A stretch of 63,130 nucleotides of DNA, counting the filler, from Octopus bimaculoides (lineage: Eukaryota), in assembly GCF_001194135.2 (NCBI RefSeq). It is 4 parts of 4 records of this genome, joined end to end, with 100 filler letters (N's around TTAATTAATTAA, not from the genome) between each part and the next. Parts side by side here need not be neighbours in the genome. Positions count along the whole stretch, not along the records: positions 26,427 to 57,523 come from NC_068990.1; 3 more parts are not named here. One strand, given 5' to 3'. A program made the translations under genes and the position numbers. The notes beneath the pieces were generated by a model that made no database searches, was not told where the DNA came from, and saw nothing but the letters and a program-made list of their open reading frames with translations. Shown piece by piece: positions 37,546 to 50,569 of this stretch (position 1 is its first letter; every line of letters begins with the position of its first letter).

Positions 37546-37977
37546 TGCTTCACTCTGAAGTTCGTTGTCTGTCAAAAGAGACTTGTTTGAAATGATTCTT
37601 CTAGCTTTATGATATTTATTGAATTTTTATTCATAAATCATCACGACCAACTTGTAAAAGACATTGGCTTCAATCCCAGAGATTTCTTTTATTTATCAAA
37701 TATTTATGACTAATCAATTTGTAACAACAAGAGAACAACATAAATCTGACGCACACAAAAGGAAAGCAAAAATCAAATCAAATTATACAATTCTGTAGTC
37801 TTCATCAATGGAAAGCATTTCACAATTATTTACAGGTTTTATTTCGTTTTTGTATATCGAACCAGTGCGTGTGTTATTACTGGCAGAATGACCCTTCCAG
37901 AGTATAATTTTGGGACCTACCGCTCATTACTACAACAATTAATGGGTGATCCTAAGACTAGATTTAATGAGTTGATT

Positions 37978-38058
37978 AAGTTACGGGGACGTAAACACAC
38001 CAACATCGGTTGTCAAGCGATGGTGGGGGACAAACACAGACACACCAACATGTATATT

Positions 38059-38112
<54 letters not shown>

Positions 38113-38268
38113 CGGTCTTCTTTCAGTTTCCGTCTACTAAATCCACTCACAAAGCTTTGGTCGGCCCGAGGCTATAGTAGAAGACACTTGAACAAGGTGC
38201 CACGCAGTGGGACTGAACCCGGAACCATGTGGCTGGGAAGCAAGCTTCTTACCACACAGCCACGCCTG
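37978..38268 (-). mobile_element. SINE family C, 3'-truncated, internal (TG)n
   Basis: Minus-strand head gcaggcgtggctgtgtggtaagaagcttgc. Confidence 0.9.
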
Positions 38269-38524
38269 CATCTATAATAATTTATATTTTGCACTTAAAA
38301 TTTTGTTTTTGTTATTTAAAGCGCCAATTCCCAAACGCTTTTATACTTAGGAATCGGCATCCTCAGTTTTACAACAGCGTGGTGATATTTAGGGAATCGA
38401 TGTTCTTCCCATGACGACCACTTTTTCAATCCCAAAACAATTCTGTTAAAAAATGAAAAAAACCCCCACATTTTCTATAACCTCTAGCATTCTGTAGCTT
38501 TGAGTTTTCATTATACTTCGCAGA

Positions 38525-38562
<38 letters not shown>

Positions 38563-39369
38563 TGATGATGATGATGATAATAATAAATGCACGATTCTCG
38601 GTTTTGTAATAATGATTGTAATCAAAAGCAGTGACTCGAATTGATTGAAAAGAACGTTTTTGGTTGCCAAATGAACGCTTGGGAAAATTAAAATTCTTCG
38701 GTTGATTTGGGTAATAGAAGTAAACTTAAACAATTTCGTTCGTTGGCTGATTGTACTGCTGATGTTGTTTGAGGAAACGAAGCTGAAACAAGTGAATAAG
38801 AAACGACTATGTCAGTTGTAATTGCGTGTGTGGTATGTAGTACGGTATGTTTCGGCAGACGATAAAAACAAACCACATAGAATTAATACATTTTGGGTGG
38901 AAAAAGAAGAATTAGCATCATTTGTTGGTTGCTATCATTCGACACACTTCAAACTGAAATCTTATTAAGCAGAATTTCTGAAATAAAACACGTCATTTTA
39001 CCAGTAACCATTCAATAGTTTACATAATTATATATTAACCCGAGCTTAACCCTTTTGCACCTACCCTGTAGCGTATATGAACGATTAAGAAAATTAATCT
39101 CTAAAATGTGAAAATAATCCTAATTTTTAAAAAAAAAAATTTCTATTGAATCTGAATTAAATAAATTAACGCAGTAACCTTTTGTTATGTTAGCGATTAT
39201 AATTTGTAAAATAATTTAAAACTAATTAAAATAATTTTGTGGGATGTACTTGCCTAACAAATGGTTTGATCTGAGGTTGTGTTAAAACTAAAACAATTAC
39301 AGCCTGGAAGACACATATTAAGACACATTTAAGCACACACAAATGTTTTGACTTCAGTTAAACAAATAT

Positions 39370-40075
39370 TATTTGGAGTCAATGGTGGTTACTACTGGTG
39401 CTCCCCACGATCTTTGCCGGTCAATGGTAAGACTAAGATCTTCGTCTCTGATGTCCATAGCCTGCCATATTGAATAATCCAGTACAATTGTAAAGAGGTA
39501 AGGCGCAAGCGTATCTCCTTGTAGCACCCCAGCTAGTATTTGAAAGCATTCCGTTCCTCCGTCAAATGACGACACACGAACTCTGGTCTTCTCGTAGGTC
39601 TTTGCAATGACAAGTACTTAGGCGGTTGGGTGAATTGTTCGGAAGCAGACGTCAAGATCAGGGAGGCACAAGCATGGGCAGCCTGTCGCACACAAATGAA
39701 GGTCTGGAACTCCAGATTGCCCAGGTGAATCAAAGTCAAACTATCCATTGCAACTGTCGAATCGGTGCAATTTCATGGCAGTGAAACATGGACACTGGCA
39801 ACGAAATTATCAAACGGGCTAAATGGATGCTACACAAGGATGCTACCTATGGCCCTAAATGTAAAATGACAGCAACATATAACAAATGAATGTCTTTATG
39901 GAGATCTGCGGGAAGTTAGTGAGAAGATCAGGTAAAGACGGTTGCGACGGTTCACTACATGGACCATCCTGAACTGGAAACACCCAAGTTAGTTTTGTGG
40001 AACCCACTTCAGGTTGATGTAAGAAGAGGAAAACGTCGTCACACATCAACAACTTGATTGCAGACACTGGCCTGG
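39370..40075. mobile_element. RTE-clade LINE with inverted 5' part (39370-39560 minus; 39585-40075 plus)
   Basis: Minus: QILAGVLQGDTLAPYLFTIVLDY; plus: KYLGGWV...AQAWAAC...VES...GSETWTL...GCYTRML..ALNV...RRLR. Confidence 0.8.
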
Positions 40076-40163
40076 AATGCATGCAGGACCCCGAGGCAAT
40101 GATGATGGCCCGAGAAGTGTGATGATGGGACTTTGGTGCTGCGGCCCGGGTTGGAACCCGGTC

Positions 40164-40164
<1 letters not shown>

Positions 40165-40235
<71 letters not shown>

Positions 40236-40275
40236 ATAATAATAATAATAATAATATCAATAATGATAATAATAA
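40165..40275. repeat. (CTA)n(TAA)n compound microsatellite
   Basis: Seen directly. Confidence 0.95.
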
Positions 40276-41150
40276 ATTCAGACTGACAGATTAATAGAAG
40301 CCAGAAGGCCTGATTTAGTAGTAGATAAAGAGAATAGAAAGTGGCAGATAATTGATTTTAGTCCTAAAATCCGAGTTAAATGCACGTAACAAGGTGTTAG
40401 CTTTGAATTCGTAAGCAGTTCCCGTTGTTATTTACAGTTTCATTGTGTTGAACTGGAAAATGAGCGAAATAAGGAAGACTGACAGGAGAATCCGTAAGCT
40501 GCTGACTTGCAATAAGATGCAATAACCAATGGCAGATGCAGATCGTTTTTACCTACCCAGAACTCATGGAGGTCGAGGCTTGATCCAATTTGAAATCTCC
40601 TACAAAACCACCACAACTGGACTGGCAAAGTATCTTGAAACATCTAATTACTGGATGTTAAAGCTCATTGAAAACCACGAGAGGTGTAAGAAGCTTCATT
40701 CTGTTATGAAGGAGTTGCTAGTGAGTTCATGCATAATACCCAGGTTGAACAGCATGAAGGAAGTGCAGCAACTGTAGTTGCAAAAAAGGTGAAATCAGTA
40801 GCAGAGCAAAATGCGTTTGAACAATTGGCTGATAGGTGGGAACGAAAACCTCTGCATGGCAAATATGTGACCCGTAGCAAACAAGCTCATGTAGACCAGA
40901 AGCACACCCATCAGTGGTTACGGAGCTCTGAGCTAAAGGCAGAGAATGAAGGCTTTATCTTGGCTGCTCAAGATCACAGCTTGTTGACCCAGAACTATCA
41001 AGCCAATGTGATGAAAAATGGAGTAGACCCAAAGTGCCGATACTGCAACGATGGAATTGAAACAGTGGACCACTTAATCTCTGGGCGTAAAGTTTTAGCA
41101 CCTGTAGAGTACAAAGCAAGACATGGCAGAGTTGGATAATATGTCGGCAT
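40276..41150 (+). mobile_element. R4/Dong-clade fragments: short RLE piece (40276-40360), then thumb and CCHC piece (40430-41150)
   Basis: TDRLIEARRPDLVV; ADADRFYLPRTHGGRGLI; WERKPLHGKY; WLRSSELKAENEGFILAAQDHSL; KCRYCNDGIETVDHLISG. Confidence 0.9.
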
Positions 41151-41224
41151 TACAAAACTGCTGACAAATGGTACCAGCATCACCCTGAGGCTGTAACCTG
41201 GCGTAGAATACTGGCGTAGACGAA

Positions 41225-42720
41225 TTTGTGTGAAACAAAGTTAAAAAGACGTTTAGGACAAGCTGATAGGTGGAGAAGAGGGGAATTGCAGAATGAAAGC
41301 ATAAAAATAATGCTGGAAAGAACATATAGAATAAGAGATAAAGGTTATGATGTGATATTGGAATAATTGAAACAAAGAATAGAAGCAATCAACGCAAAAC
41401 TGGAAAGATATGACAACAGAAAAAGACAGTTCAGGCAAAACAGATTATTTGAAGCAAATGAGAAGAAACCGTTTCGCAGAGGAAAGCAGGGCATTCTGGA
41501 GAGGGATCTGGGACCAACCTGTAGAGAATAATGATGAAGTAGAGTGGCTGCATGAAATCCAAGACAAATTATGAAATATAGAAGGCCAAGAAGACATAAA
41601 AATAATTACAGAAATGATAAAAAGGCAGTTAAGAAAATTCCCAAATTGGAAGAGCACAGGACCGGATGGAGTCCAAGGTTATTAGATAAAGAAGCTGAGA
41701 GGGTTCTATGAAAGGATAGCGCAACAGTTAGATGAGTGCTTACAGAAAGGCCCTGTATCCAGCTGGATGACAAAAGGAAAGACATTGTTATGTGCCAAGG
41801 ATCCTGAAAAGGGGAATGTTGCATCCAACTTTCAACCAATAACATTTATTCCGCTAATGTGGAAACCAATGTGAGGTGTTTTGGCTGGTGAATTGTAGAG
41901 ATACTTGGAAAGAAGTGGGCTGCTGCCTACTGAACAGAAAGGGTGCCGAAAAAGGGGCGGTGAACGAAGGATCAGCTTTTAATTGATAAGGAACTGCAAG
42001 AGAAGACACACTAACCTGAGCATGGGTTGACTATCGTAAAACATACGATATGATACAACACTCCTGGATAATAAGAACAATGGAAATGTATGGAGTAACA
42101 GAAAACAGGAGAGGCCTTATATGGAATAGCATGAAATGTTGGAAAACGGAATTGACAGCAGGGAATCAAGTATTAGGAGAGGTGAAAATCAAGAGAGGAA
42201 TCTTCCAGGGGGACAGTGTGTCCCCACTGATATTCGTACTGGGAATGATCCCCTTGAGTGAAATACTACAGAAAACAAAGTTGGGGTATGTTCTGGGAAG
42301 AGGTAAGAGAAAACTGAACCACTTGTTATTCATGGACAACCTGAAGCAATTCACAAAAACTGAGGCAGAACTGGACAGCCCAGTCCAGTCTGTGTAGATT
42401 TTCGCTAATGATATTAAGATGGAGTTTGGACTCTCAAAATGTGCTACGATGGGGATGAGATGTAGAAAGCTTGTCAGGACAGAAGGTATATGATTGCCAA
42501 GTGGTGAAATGATAAAGGCAGTTGAACCCCAGTCTAGCTATAAATACCTGGGAATACTTGAGGCAGATGGAATCAAACACCACGACATGAAGGAAAAGAC
42601 AAAAAGAGTGTACCTGTGGAGAGTGAGAAAAATATTGTCCTCAAAGCTAAATGCCAGAAACATAATTTCGGTAATAAACTCGCGCGCAGTCGCAGTAGCT
42701 CGGTATGGTGCTGGGATCTA
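41225..42720 (+). mobile_element. R4/Dong-clade fragment: N-terminal region and RT, degenerate
   Basis: LKQRIEAINAKLERYDNRKRQFRQNRLF; PNWKSTGPDGVQG; DYRKTYDMIQHSWI; IKRGIFQGDSVSPLIFV; HLLFMDNLK; YKYLGILE. Confidence 0.92.
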
Positions 42721-42784
42721 CATATACTGGGAGCAATGCTAACACTATGGAATAACAACAGAAAAAGATGGTATAAGCACACGC

Positions 42785-43146
42785 CAGAAAAGGTCACAGA
42801 AAATTAGAAAGCAACCATACTATGGGATATACACACAAATAGAGAAATTAAAGCCAATAGGCCAGATATAGTTGCCAGAGATCATGAAGAAAAAATGCTT
42901 TCTAATGGATGTATCAATACCAGCAGATGACAACGTTTCTCTTAAAGAAATGGAGAAACTTTCAAAATACAAAGACCTGGAAATAGAGGTAACTCGAATG
43001 TGGAGTCTAAAAACAGAAACAATTCCTATCATAGTGGGCGCATTAGGTATGATAAAAAATATTCAGGCAAATACATAACAAAAACACCAGGACTTACAAA
43101 TATATATAACATACAGAAAATTGCACTACTAGGCATTGCACATATT
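42785..43146 (+). mobile_element. R4/Dong-clade endonuclease fragment, well preserved, 3'-truncated
   Basis: ILWDIHTNREIKANRPDIVARD...CFLMDVSIPADDNVSLKEMEKLSKYKDLEIEVTRMW...IPIIVGALG...IQKIALLG. Confidence 0.92.
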
Positions 43147-43584
43147 AGAGATGTTGTGTCGTCAAGAAAATAGAACAGGGAAAAAAACTCTCGTGTTGAC
43201 TGCCTAGCTGTCTTTGTAGCTCTTCAGCAGAGGAAAGGTATAAAACGTATTTACAAGTAATAGCAGGAGCTAGCTTGAAGTAAACTAAGGAGAAACAAGG
43301 GTTGTGTTGAAGCGCCAGTATGTTCTTTTCTGCGCAACAGTATGTATACCGTATTTCCTGATATTATCCACAATGGTAAAAGTATACTTCCAAGGTTACC
43401 GTCATACGACGGGTAACAGTCTAGTATAAATATATTTTGTTTGTATTTCCATTAACATTTTCATCCTTAAAAATACATTTCAAAATTTTTAATCAGTGAA
43501 ATAATATATTTAATGTCTTCATTGTTGAACAATTATTTTATTCTGTAATACTGGTTTTAAATTTTGACACAAGGATAACAAGTT

Positions 43585-43752
43585 CGGAGCCAGTCGATCG
43601 ATTCGACCCTCGTGCTCCTCAACTGGTAACTATTTTATAGTCCCCAAAGCGAGGAAAAACGAAGTCGACCTGGGCGGAATTTGAACTCTGAACGCAAAAC
43701 GCAGCTAAGAATTTGGACCGGTGTGCTAACGATTCCGCCAGCTCGCCGCCTT
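43585..43752 (-). mobile_element. SINE family B
   Basis: Minus strand aaggcggcgagctggcggaatcgttagcac...gagttcaaattccgcccaggtcgac. Confidence 0.85.
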
Positions 43753-44264
43753 AATCCTATTCTGTAATATTGTGGAATGAAAAACAATAATTTTATTATT
43801 CACCCCGCCTTGTTAGTCACCAGTCGTAGATAAGTATAGGTGGTTGTTATGGTATATTTAAATATTTACTAATTAACCAGTTGTTTTACCTGTGCGAAAG
43901 TCATAATTGTGTAACAATCACGCTCTAATCCCTGCAGCTCGCAAAGCCAAGTCACACATAGTGTACCTTACGATGATTTTCAATAGAAAGTAGTGTCTGT
44001 GTGTTTTGTGTAAGGGTTATAGCACTCGCTTCTCTTCACCCAGAATCTGGTTCTTGTTTCATATATATGTATTTGTATGGTAATAGTGTAATATTGTTCG
44101 TCGGATCGGTAGGGAGGAAGATGAGAAGAAATAAAATGAAACAAGACAGGATAAGATACGGATATGGAGGAGAAATGAAAGAAAATAAAGTGAAATAATA
44201 ACGAGTACAACAAGAGTGAGTAGAGTCGAAGGAGGTTTAATTTTCTGTAATAGGTTGGGGCTTA

Positions 44265-44395
44265 TAAAGGATCACAGATATAAAGGGTCACGGATTAAAG
44301 GACCACAGATTTAAAGGCTTTAAAGGTTCATGGATATAAAAAGGTCTTCTAAAGGATCACAGATATAAAAGCTTTAAAGGTCCGTGGATATAAAA
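44265..44395. repeat. Degenerate ~16-bp minisatellite (taaaggatcacagat-like)
   Basis: About 7 imperfect units seen directly. Confidence 0.7.
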
Positions 44396-46716
44396 ATTTT
44401 ATGGTTAACCAAATAAACTGCAGCATCCAGTAACAAGGCTCACTCCAGGTGACACGTCACATGTAGAGTAAATCAGATCCTAAGTGTTACTCTGTTATCT
44501 TACTAAATTCCAACTAACAAGTATCACTTTGTTCCTGAAGGGTCTTAGTCCATATTTTACCTGTTCCATTCTTTACATTGTTTTGGGTTTTTTATTTGCA
44601 TTCTAAGAAACTTTAGTTGCTAAACCATGAGTTGTATGATGACTGCCAGATTATCAAAATTCCTTTTAATTTCGATAAAGGGGGAAGTCTGTAACTTACG
44701 ATGCTAATGAACATATTTTATAATATATTATCCACTTTTTGCGATCTGTACTAACCGCATAAATGCTTGAAGCTTATTAACTTCCTACACTTGGATCCTA
44801 GATCGCACTTACCTATATATATATATATNNNNNNNNNNNNNNNNNNNNNNNNNNNNNNNNNNNNNNNNNNNNNNNNNNNNNNNNNNNNNNNNNNNNNNNN
44901 NNNNNNNNNNNNNNNNNNNNNNNNNNNNNNNNNNNNNNNNNNNNNNNNNNNNNNNNNNNNNNNNNNNNNNNNNNNNNNNNNNNNNNNNNNNNNNNNNNNN
45001 NNNNNNNNNNNNNNNNNNNNNNNNNNNNNNNNNNNNNNNNNNNNNNNNNNNNNNNNNNNNNNNNNNNNNNNNNNNNNNNNNNNNNNNNNNNNNNNNNNNN
45101 NNNNNNNNNNNNNNNNNNNNNNNNNNNNNNNNNNNNNNNNNNNNNNNNNNNNNNNNNNNNNNNNNNNNNNNNNNNNNNNNNNNNNNNNNNNNNNNNNNNN
45201 NNNNNNNNNNNNNNNNNNNNNNNNNNNNNNNNNNNNNNNNNNNNNNNNNNNNNNNNNNNNNNNNNNNNNNNNNNNNNNNNNNNNNNNNNNNNNNNNNNNN
45301 NNNNNNNNNNNNNNNNNNNNNNNNNNNNNNNNNNNNNNNNNNNNNNNNNNNNNNNNNNNNNNNNNNNNNNNNNNNNNNNNNNNNNNNNNNNNNNNNNNNN
45401 NNNNNNNNNNNNNNNNNNNNNNNNNNNNNNNNNNNNNNNNNNNNNNNNNNNNNNNNNNNNNNNNNNNNNNNNNNNNNNNNNNNNNNNNNNNNNNNNNNNN
45501 NNNNNNNNNNNNNNNNNNNNNNNNNNNNNNNNNNNNNNNNNNNNNNNNNNNNNNNNNNNNNNNNNNNNNNNNNNNNNNNNNNNNNCCCCCCCCCCCACAA
45601 TATAGATTCATTTCAGCCGCTGATTTTACTAATCGGTTTCGCACACGAGTTAGGGGAGAATCCAAACTGGCTCTGATCAGAGGAGCTGGTATAAAAAGTA
45701 TGGCGACGGAGCTCAGAAAGTGTCATATCTGATTAGTGTGTGTTGCGAGAAACTGGAACGGAAAACCTTCTTGAGAAGGTCAGAATTCATCTCGAGGTAT
45801 GCTCCTTGCACATAAGTTGGAATGTCTTCATAGTGTGAAGGGTAATTGCCTGCGAAATGAGGCTGCGGCTAGGATTCGGGCACTATGAGATTGATGCGTG
45901 TGCAGGGGAGGGGGATAAAGGTGGGAGCGAGGGCGTAAAGACCTCCTCTTTGAGTGAGGGCGTAAAGACCTCCTCTTTGACTCGTTGTTGTTGTTGTTAT
46001 CTAACTCCCACTTAGTTAGCTATGACCTATATTGAAAGACGTTCCAATCAGGCCTATCATGTCTCGATAGGGGCAACCAGCAATACATATCCAGTGGTAC
46101 GATAGGATTTGAAGGCGATCTGGTTGCTATTTTTGCATGTTGAGACAATTACTTCGAGGCTTACTCTGTAGTTGATGGGGTGTCGGGAGGGGGTAGGGTT
46201 ATGTTCTGTTGTTTAACCCCAGCTTAGCCCACATGGAATAGATTTGTTATCAACGGGTTCCAGAAGCTGCTATTCACTCTCGTTTGTCAGAAGTGTACAT
46301 CAAGAATAACACTACATGAACATGCCGTATTTTCTGTATGGTTTGAAAGAGATTTGGCTGCTATTTTTAGCATGACGGGCTTCTGTTCGTGGTTTCAAAT
46401 TTCTGTGTGAGCAAAGCTTCAAAGTGGCCGAGGGATTCCCCACCAGCCCCGATGTTGGGACCTTGCCATGTGGCTCGAGGATTTGCTTACGAAGATGATG
46501 ATCGCCACGAAAAGCTGATGGTGTGTTGATGGTAGTGGTAATAGTGGTGGTTGTGATGGTAGTGGCGATGGTTTTTGAGTGATGGTTGGTGTTAGCATGA
46601 AGTGGTGGGCGAGGAAGAAGACAACAGAATGTTACTGGCCGAGTTTCATTAACAAATATAATCGAGGGCTAAATTCGCATTATGAGTATATTTGTTTGGC
46701 TTCTTTCTCTCTCTCT

Positions 46717-46760
<44 letters not shown>

Positions 46761-48759
46761 CTCTCTCTCTCTCTTATTCTCTCTCTCTCTCTTATTCTCT
46801 CTCTCTCTCTTATTCTCTCTCTCTCTCTTATTCTCTCTCTCTTTCTCTTTTCCACCCCCCTCTCTCTCTTCCACACATTCCTCATGTCACTCTTTAATTT
46901 GATAACATTAATGAACAATGTAATAAGATCTAGGTCAGAAAAACATACTGACCTAGATAGCTTCACTACTGCCGTCCACTGAAGCACGTTGTTTTGTATT
47001 TCGTATCATGTTTGCAAACAGCTAGTGTCAGTAAAGCGCGCGCGCGCGCGCGCGTGTGTGTGTGTGCAGGGTTTAAAATAAGTTATTATATAATGCTATG
47101 TTTCTCAATGTCTGTCAGATTATGGAATCGAATTCTGAAGTGTCGTTCTTCGTCAGGTGGCAGGTATCAATAAGGTTTCAGTCTCATTTGGCGCTCTCAG
47201 CCTTGGGAAGGGAAGGTTCACGGAATTAGGTGGTTAGGGGACATTTAAGACAACTGACATTTTGGAAAAAAAAGAAGAGATTTTCTTCAGAATTGTAATT
47301 CCCATTGTACAGAGAAGAACATTAAAATATGAAGAACCACGCACCGATTCGTTGCCAATTCCCTTTTCTCATGAAATGTCGAGAGATATTCCAAAACTCT
47401 GCCCTGTCTATCCTTTCTTAGTGCAACAGGTCCCTTTTCTCTGCTTATGTTTTTATTCTTACTGGAATTATGGCTGTCAATGATATAAAACCATCTTACG
47501 ATATCCTACTTTGGACTTAATATCAGGATTTTACACAGTATTTCCCAGTTCCTGTCTGGAATCAATGCAAATGACGTTTTCTCCGAGTCTGTTAGGAAGG
47601 TTGACAACTTGTTAGTGGTATAGTGAAGCTGTAGTGGATTCGAAACCGAATCGCTTGAGAGCCAAACAGATACCACAATGAGACCACTGTTTACTAACCG
47701 ACCAATCAGCGTGAAGCCATTGCGTGATTCGATTTTCTAGAACTTCCATTTAGCCCTATATAAAGGGGATTTTTAGTGGCAGCTCCAGAATACTGAGGTA
47801 GCCACTTGACATCTCCGTTCAAATGGCAGTTAGAAGACAAGAGATTTTGTCGTCATGAATATAGCGCAATTACGTTCCAGCCATGATGGGGCCAGTCACA
47901 GATTGCTATGAACCACTTCAATTGTCGAAGATCCCAGTATGCATGTCTCTCTCTCTCGGTGGGTAATTGTCGCTGTAAGTTTTCATCCAAAGACCAACAC
48001 AGAAATAAAAAACATGTGCAGTAAATAAAGTAAATAAAACTTCTGTTAATTGTTTGTGAGTGTTTGTAATTACTTCTAGAAAGACATTCTCATTCTCCAC
48101 CAACTCTAAACCTCAAGACAAAACTATTAATGAATATTCCACAGTATTTTATTGCTGTTTAGCAGCAGACACCAATGGTTNNNNNNNNNNNNNNNNNNNN
48201 NNNNNNNNNNNNNNNNNNNNNNNNNNNNNNNNNNNNNNNNNNNNNNNNNNNNNNNNNNNNNNNNNNNNNNNNNNNNNNNNNNNNNNNNNNNNNNNNNNNN
48301 NNNNNNNNNNNNNNNNNNNNNNNNNNNNNNNNNNNNNNNNNNNNNNNNNNNNNNNNNNNNNNNNNNNNNNNNNNNNNNNNNNNNNNNNNNNNNNNNNNNN
48401 NNNNNNNNNNNNNNNNNNNNNNNNNNNNNNNNNNNNNNNNNNNNNNNNNNNNNNNNNNNNNNNNNNNNNNNNNNNNNNNNNNNNNNNNNNNNNNNNNNNN
48501 NNNNNNNNNNNNNNNNNNNNNNNNNNNNNNNNNNNNNNNNNNNNNNNNNNNNNNNNNNNNNNNNNNNNNNNNNNNNNNNNNNNNNNNNNNNNNNNNNNNN
48601 NNNNNNNNNNNNNNNNNNNNNNNNNNNNNNNNNNNNNNNNNNNNNNNNNNNNNNNNNNNNNNNNNNNNNNNNNNNNNNNNNNNNNNNNNNNNNNNNNNNN
48701 NNNNNNNNNNNNNNNNNNNNNNNNNNNNNNNNNNNNNNGTTCTTTCGGTCTTTTTTTGC

Positions 48760-48777
48760 CGAACCGCTCAATTATGT

Positions 48778-48829
<52 letters not shown>

Positions 48830-48945
48830 TGGACCTCTTTCAATTTCTGTCGGCCGAGGCTATAGTAGATGATACTTACTCAAGGTACAATTGAATGGGA
48901 CTGAATCCGGAATCATACAGATGGGAAGCAAGCTACTTATCAAAC
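48760..48945 (-). mobile_element. SINE family C, degenerate with internal deletions
   Basis: ggccgaggctatagtaga core and gggactgaa(t/c)ccggaa motif. Confidence 0.75.
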
Positions 48946-49244
48946 ACCCAGAAAGAAAGAAAAGAAATGATGAATTCGCGACGGGACCGTGAAAAGTGTG
49001 AGGCAGGGGAAAGAAAGGAAAAAAAAAAACATTCGAATTACAGAAAGCACAATTCTATGCTACAAGTAGTAGGTTTGTGTGTGCGTGTGTATGTGTGTAT
49101 GTGTGTATGTGTGTGTACGTGTGTGTGTGAGTGTGTGTGTAATAGAGAGCTGTCAAAAACGATGAGAGATGAAGTTAAGACAGAGATCAATGAAAACAGT
49201 TTTGGCATTCCGTGAAGTTTTGTGTTGTTACAGGGATTACTATA

Positions 49245-49400
49245 TGTCGTTTCTACTCTAGGTACAAGGCTCGAAATTTTTGGGAAGGGGCTAGTCGATT
49301 TGATCGACTCCAGTACGCAACTGGTACTTTATTTATCGACCCTGAAAGGATGAAAGACAAAGTCAACCTCGGCGGAATTTGAACCCAGAACCTAAAGACA
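49245..49400 (-). mobile_element. SINE family B fragment
   Basis: Minus strand gggttcaaattccgccgaggttgactttgtctttcatcctttcagggtcgataaataaagtaccag. Confidence 0.85.
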
Positions 49401-49959
49401 GTTTCTGCTATCTCGCCGCCAAAGGATTACTATGGAAAAAAATCAGCGAATTTCCAAATATGATTTTAATATTTATTTAACTTCACTGAGCTTAATTGAA
49501 ACAGCTGTAAGGGATAATGATCGATTTTTTGCTGATAATAAACTCTTATTAACTTCAATATCTCCACTTTCTTATTTTTCCTTTGNNNNNNNNNNNNNNN
49601 NNNNNNNNNNNNNNNNNNNNNNNNNNNNNNNNNNNNNNNNNNNNNNNNNNNNNNNNNNNNNNNNNNNNNNNNNNNNNNNNNNNNNNNNNNNNNNNNNNNN
49701 NNNNNNNNNNNNNNNNNNNNNNNNNNNNNNNNNNNNNNNNNNNNNNNNNNNNNNNNNNNNNNNNNNNNNNNNNNNNNNNNNNNNNNNNNNNNNNNNNNNN
49801 NNNNNNNNNNNNNNNNNNNNNNNNNNNNNNNNNNNNNNNNNNNNNNNNNNNNNNNNNNNNNNNNNNNNNNNNNNNNNNNNNNNNNNNNNNNNNNNNNNNN
49901 NNNNNNNNNNNNNNNNNNNNNNNNNNNNNNNNNNNNNNNNNNNNNNNNNNNNNNNNNNN

Positions 49960-50031
<72 letters not shown>

Positions 50032-50569
50032 TGTGTATGTATATATATGTGTGTGTGTGTATGTATATATATATGTATGTGTGTGTATGTATATATATAT
50101 ATTTGTGTGTGTGTGTGTGTATATATATGTATATATTTATATATATATATATATATACATGTATATATATACATGTGTGAGTGTGAGTGTGTGGGTGTGG
50201 GTGCGCGCACACACACACACTCATACACATATTTATACTGAGATACTAAAACAAGACTCATTCATCTTCGTTATTGCAATGATATATAATGAATAAAGAT
50301 AGCCTTTGGTACTCTATGAGTTTTTTGTTGTACAGATATTAAGGCATACATGAATGGAATTAATATGTCATGAATATATTACTGACTATGAAAATCCTGT
50401 TATTACAGTTGATTATACATCAATAAAAACGACAACAGTTATTTGTATGAAAATCATTAATACTTGTAATGTGAATGTCTTAGAAGGTTGGCTTAGAATC
50501 AACGACACAAAAGTGAGAACTCGAAACGGAAAGAAAAAGAAGACTGAAAATTTGTGCAAAGGACAACTT

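Noticed and set aside
40125-40165. tRNA 3' end with CCA on the minus strand (gggttccaacccgggccgcagcacca)
   Set aside because: T loop non-canonical and no 5' half; at best a SINE-head scrap
47105-47165. Third hammerhead (CUGACGA on the minus strand)
   Set aside because: No GAAA core half or pairing stems I and III
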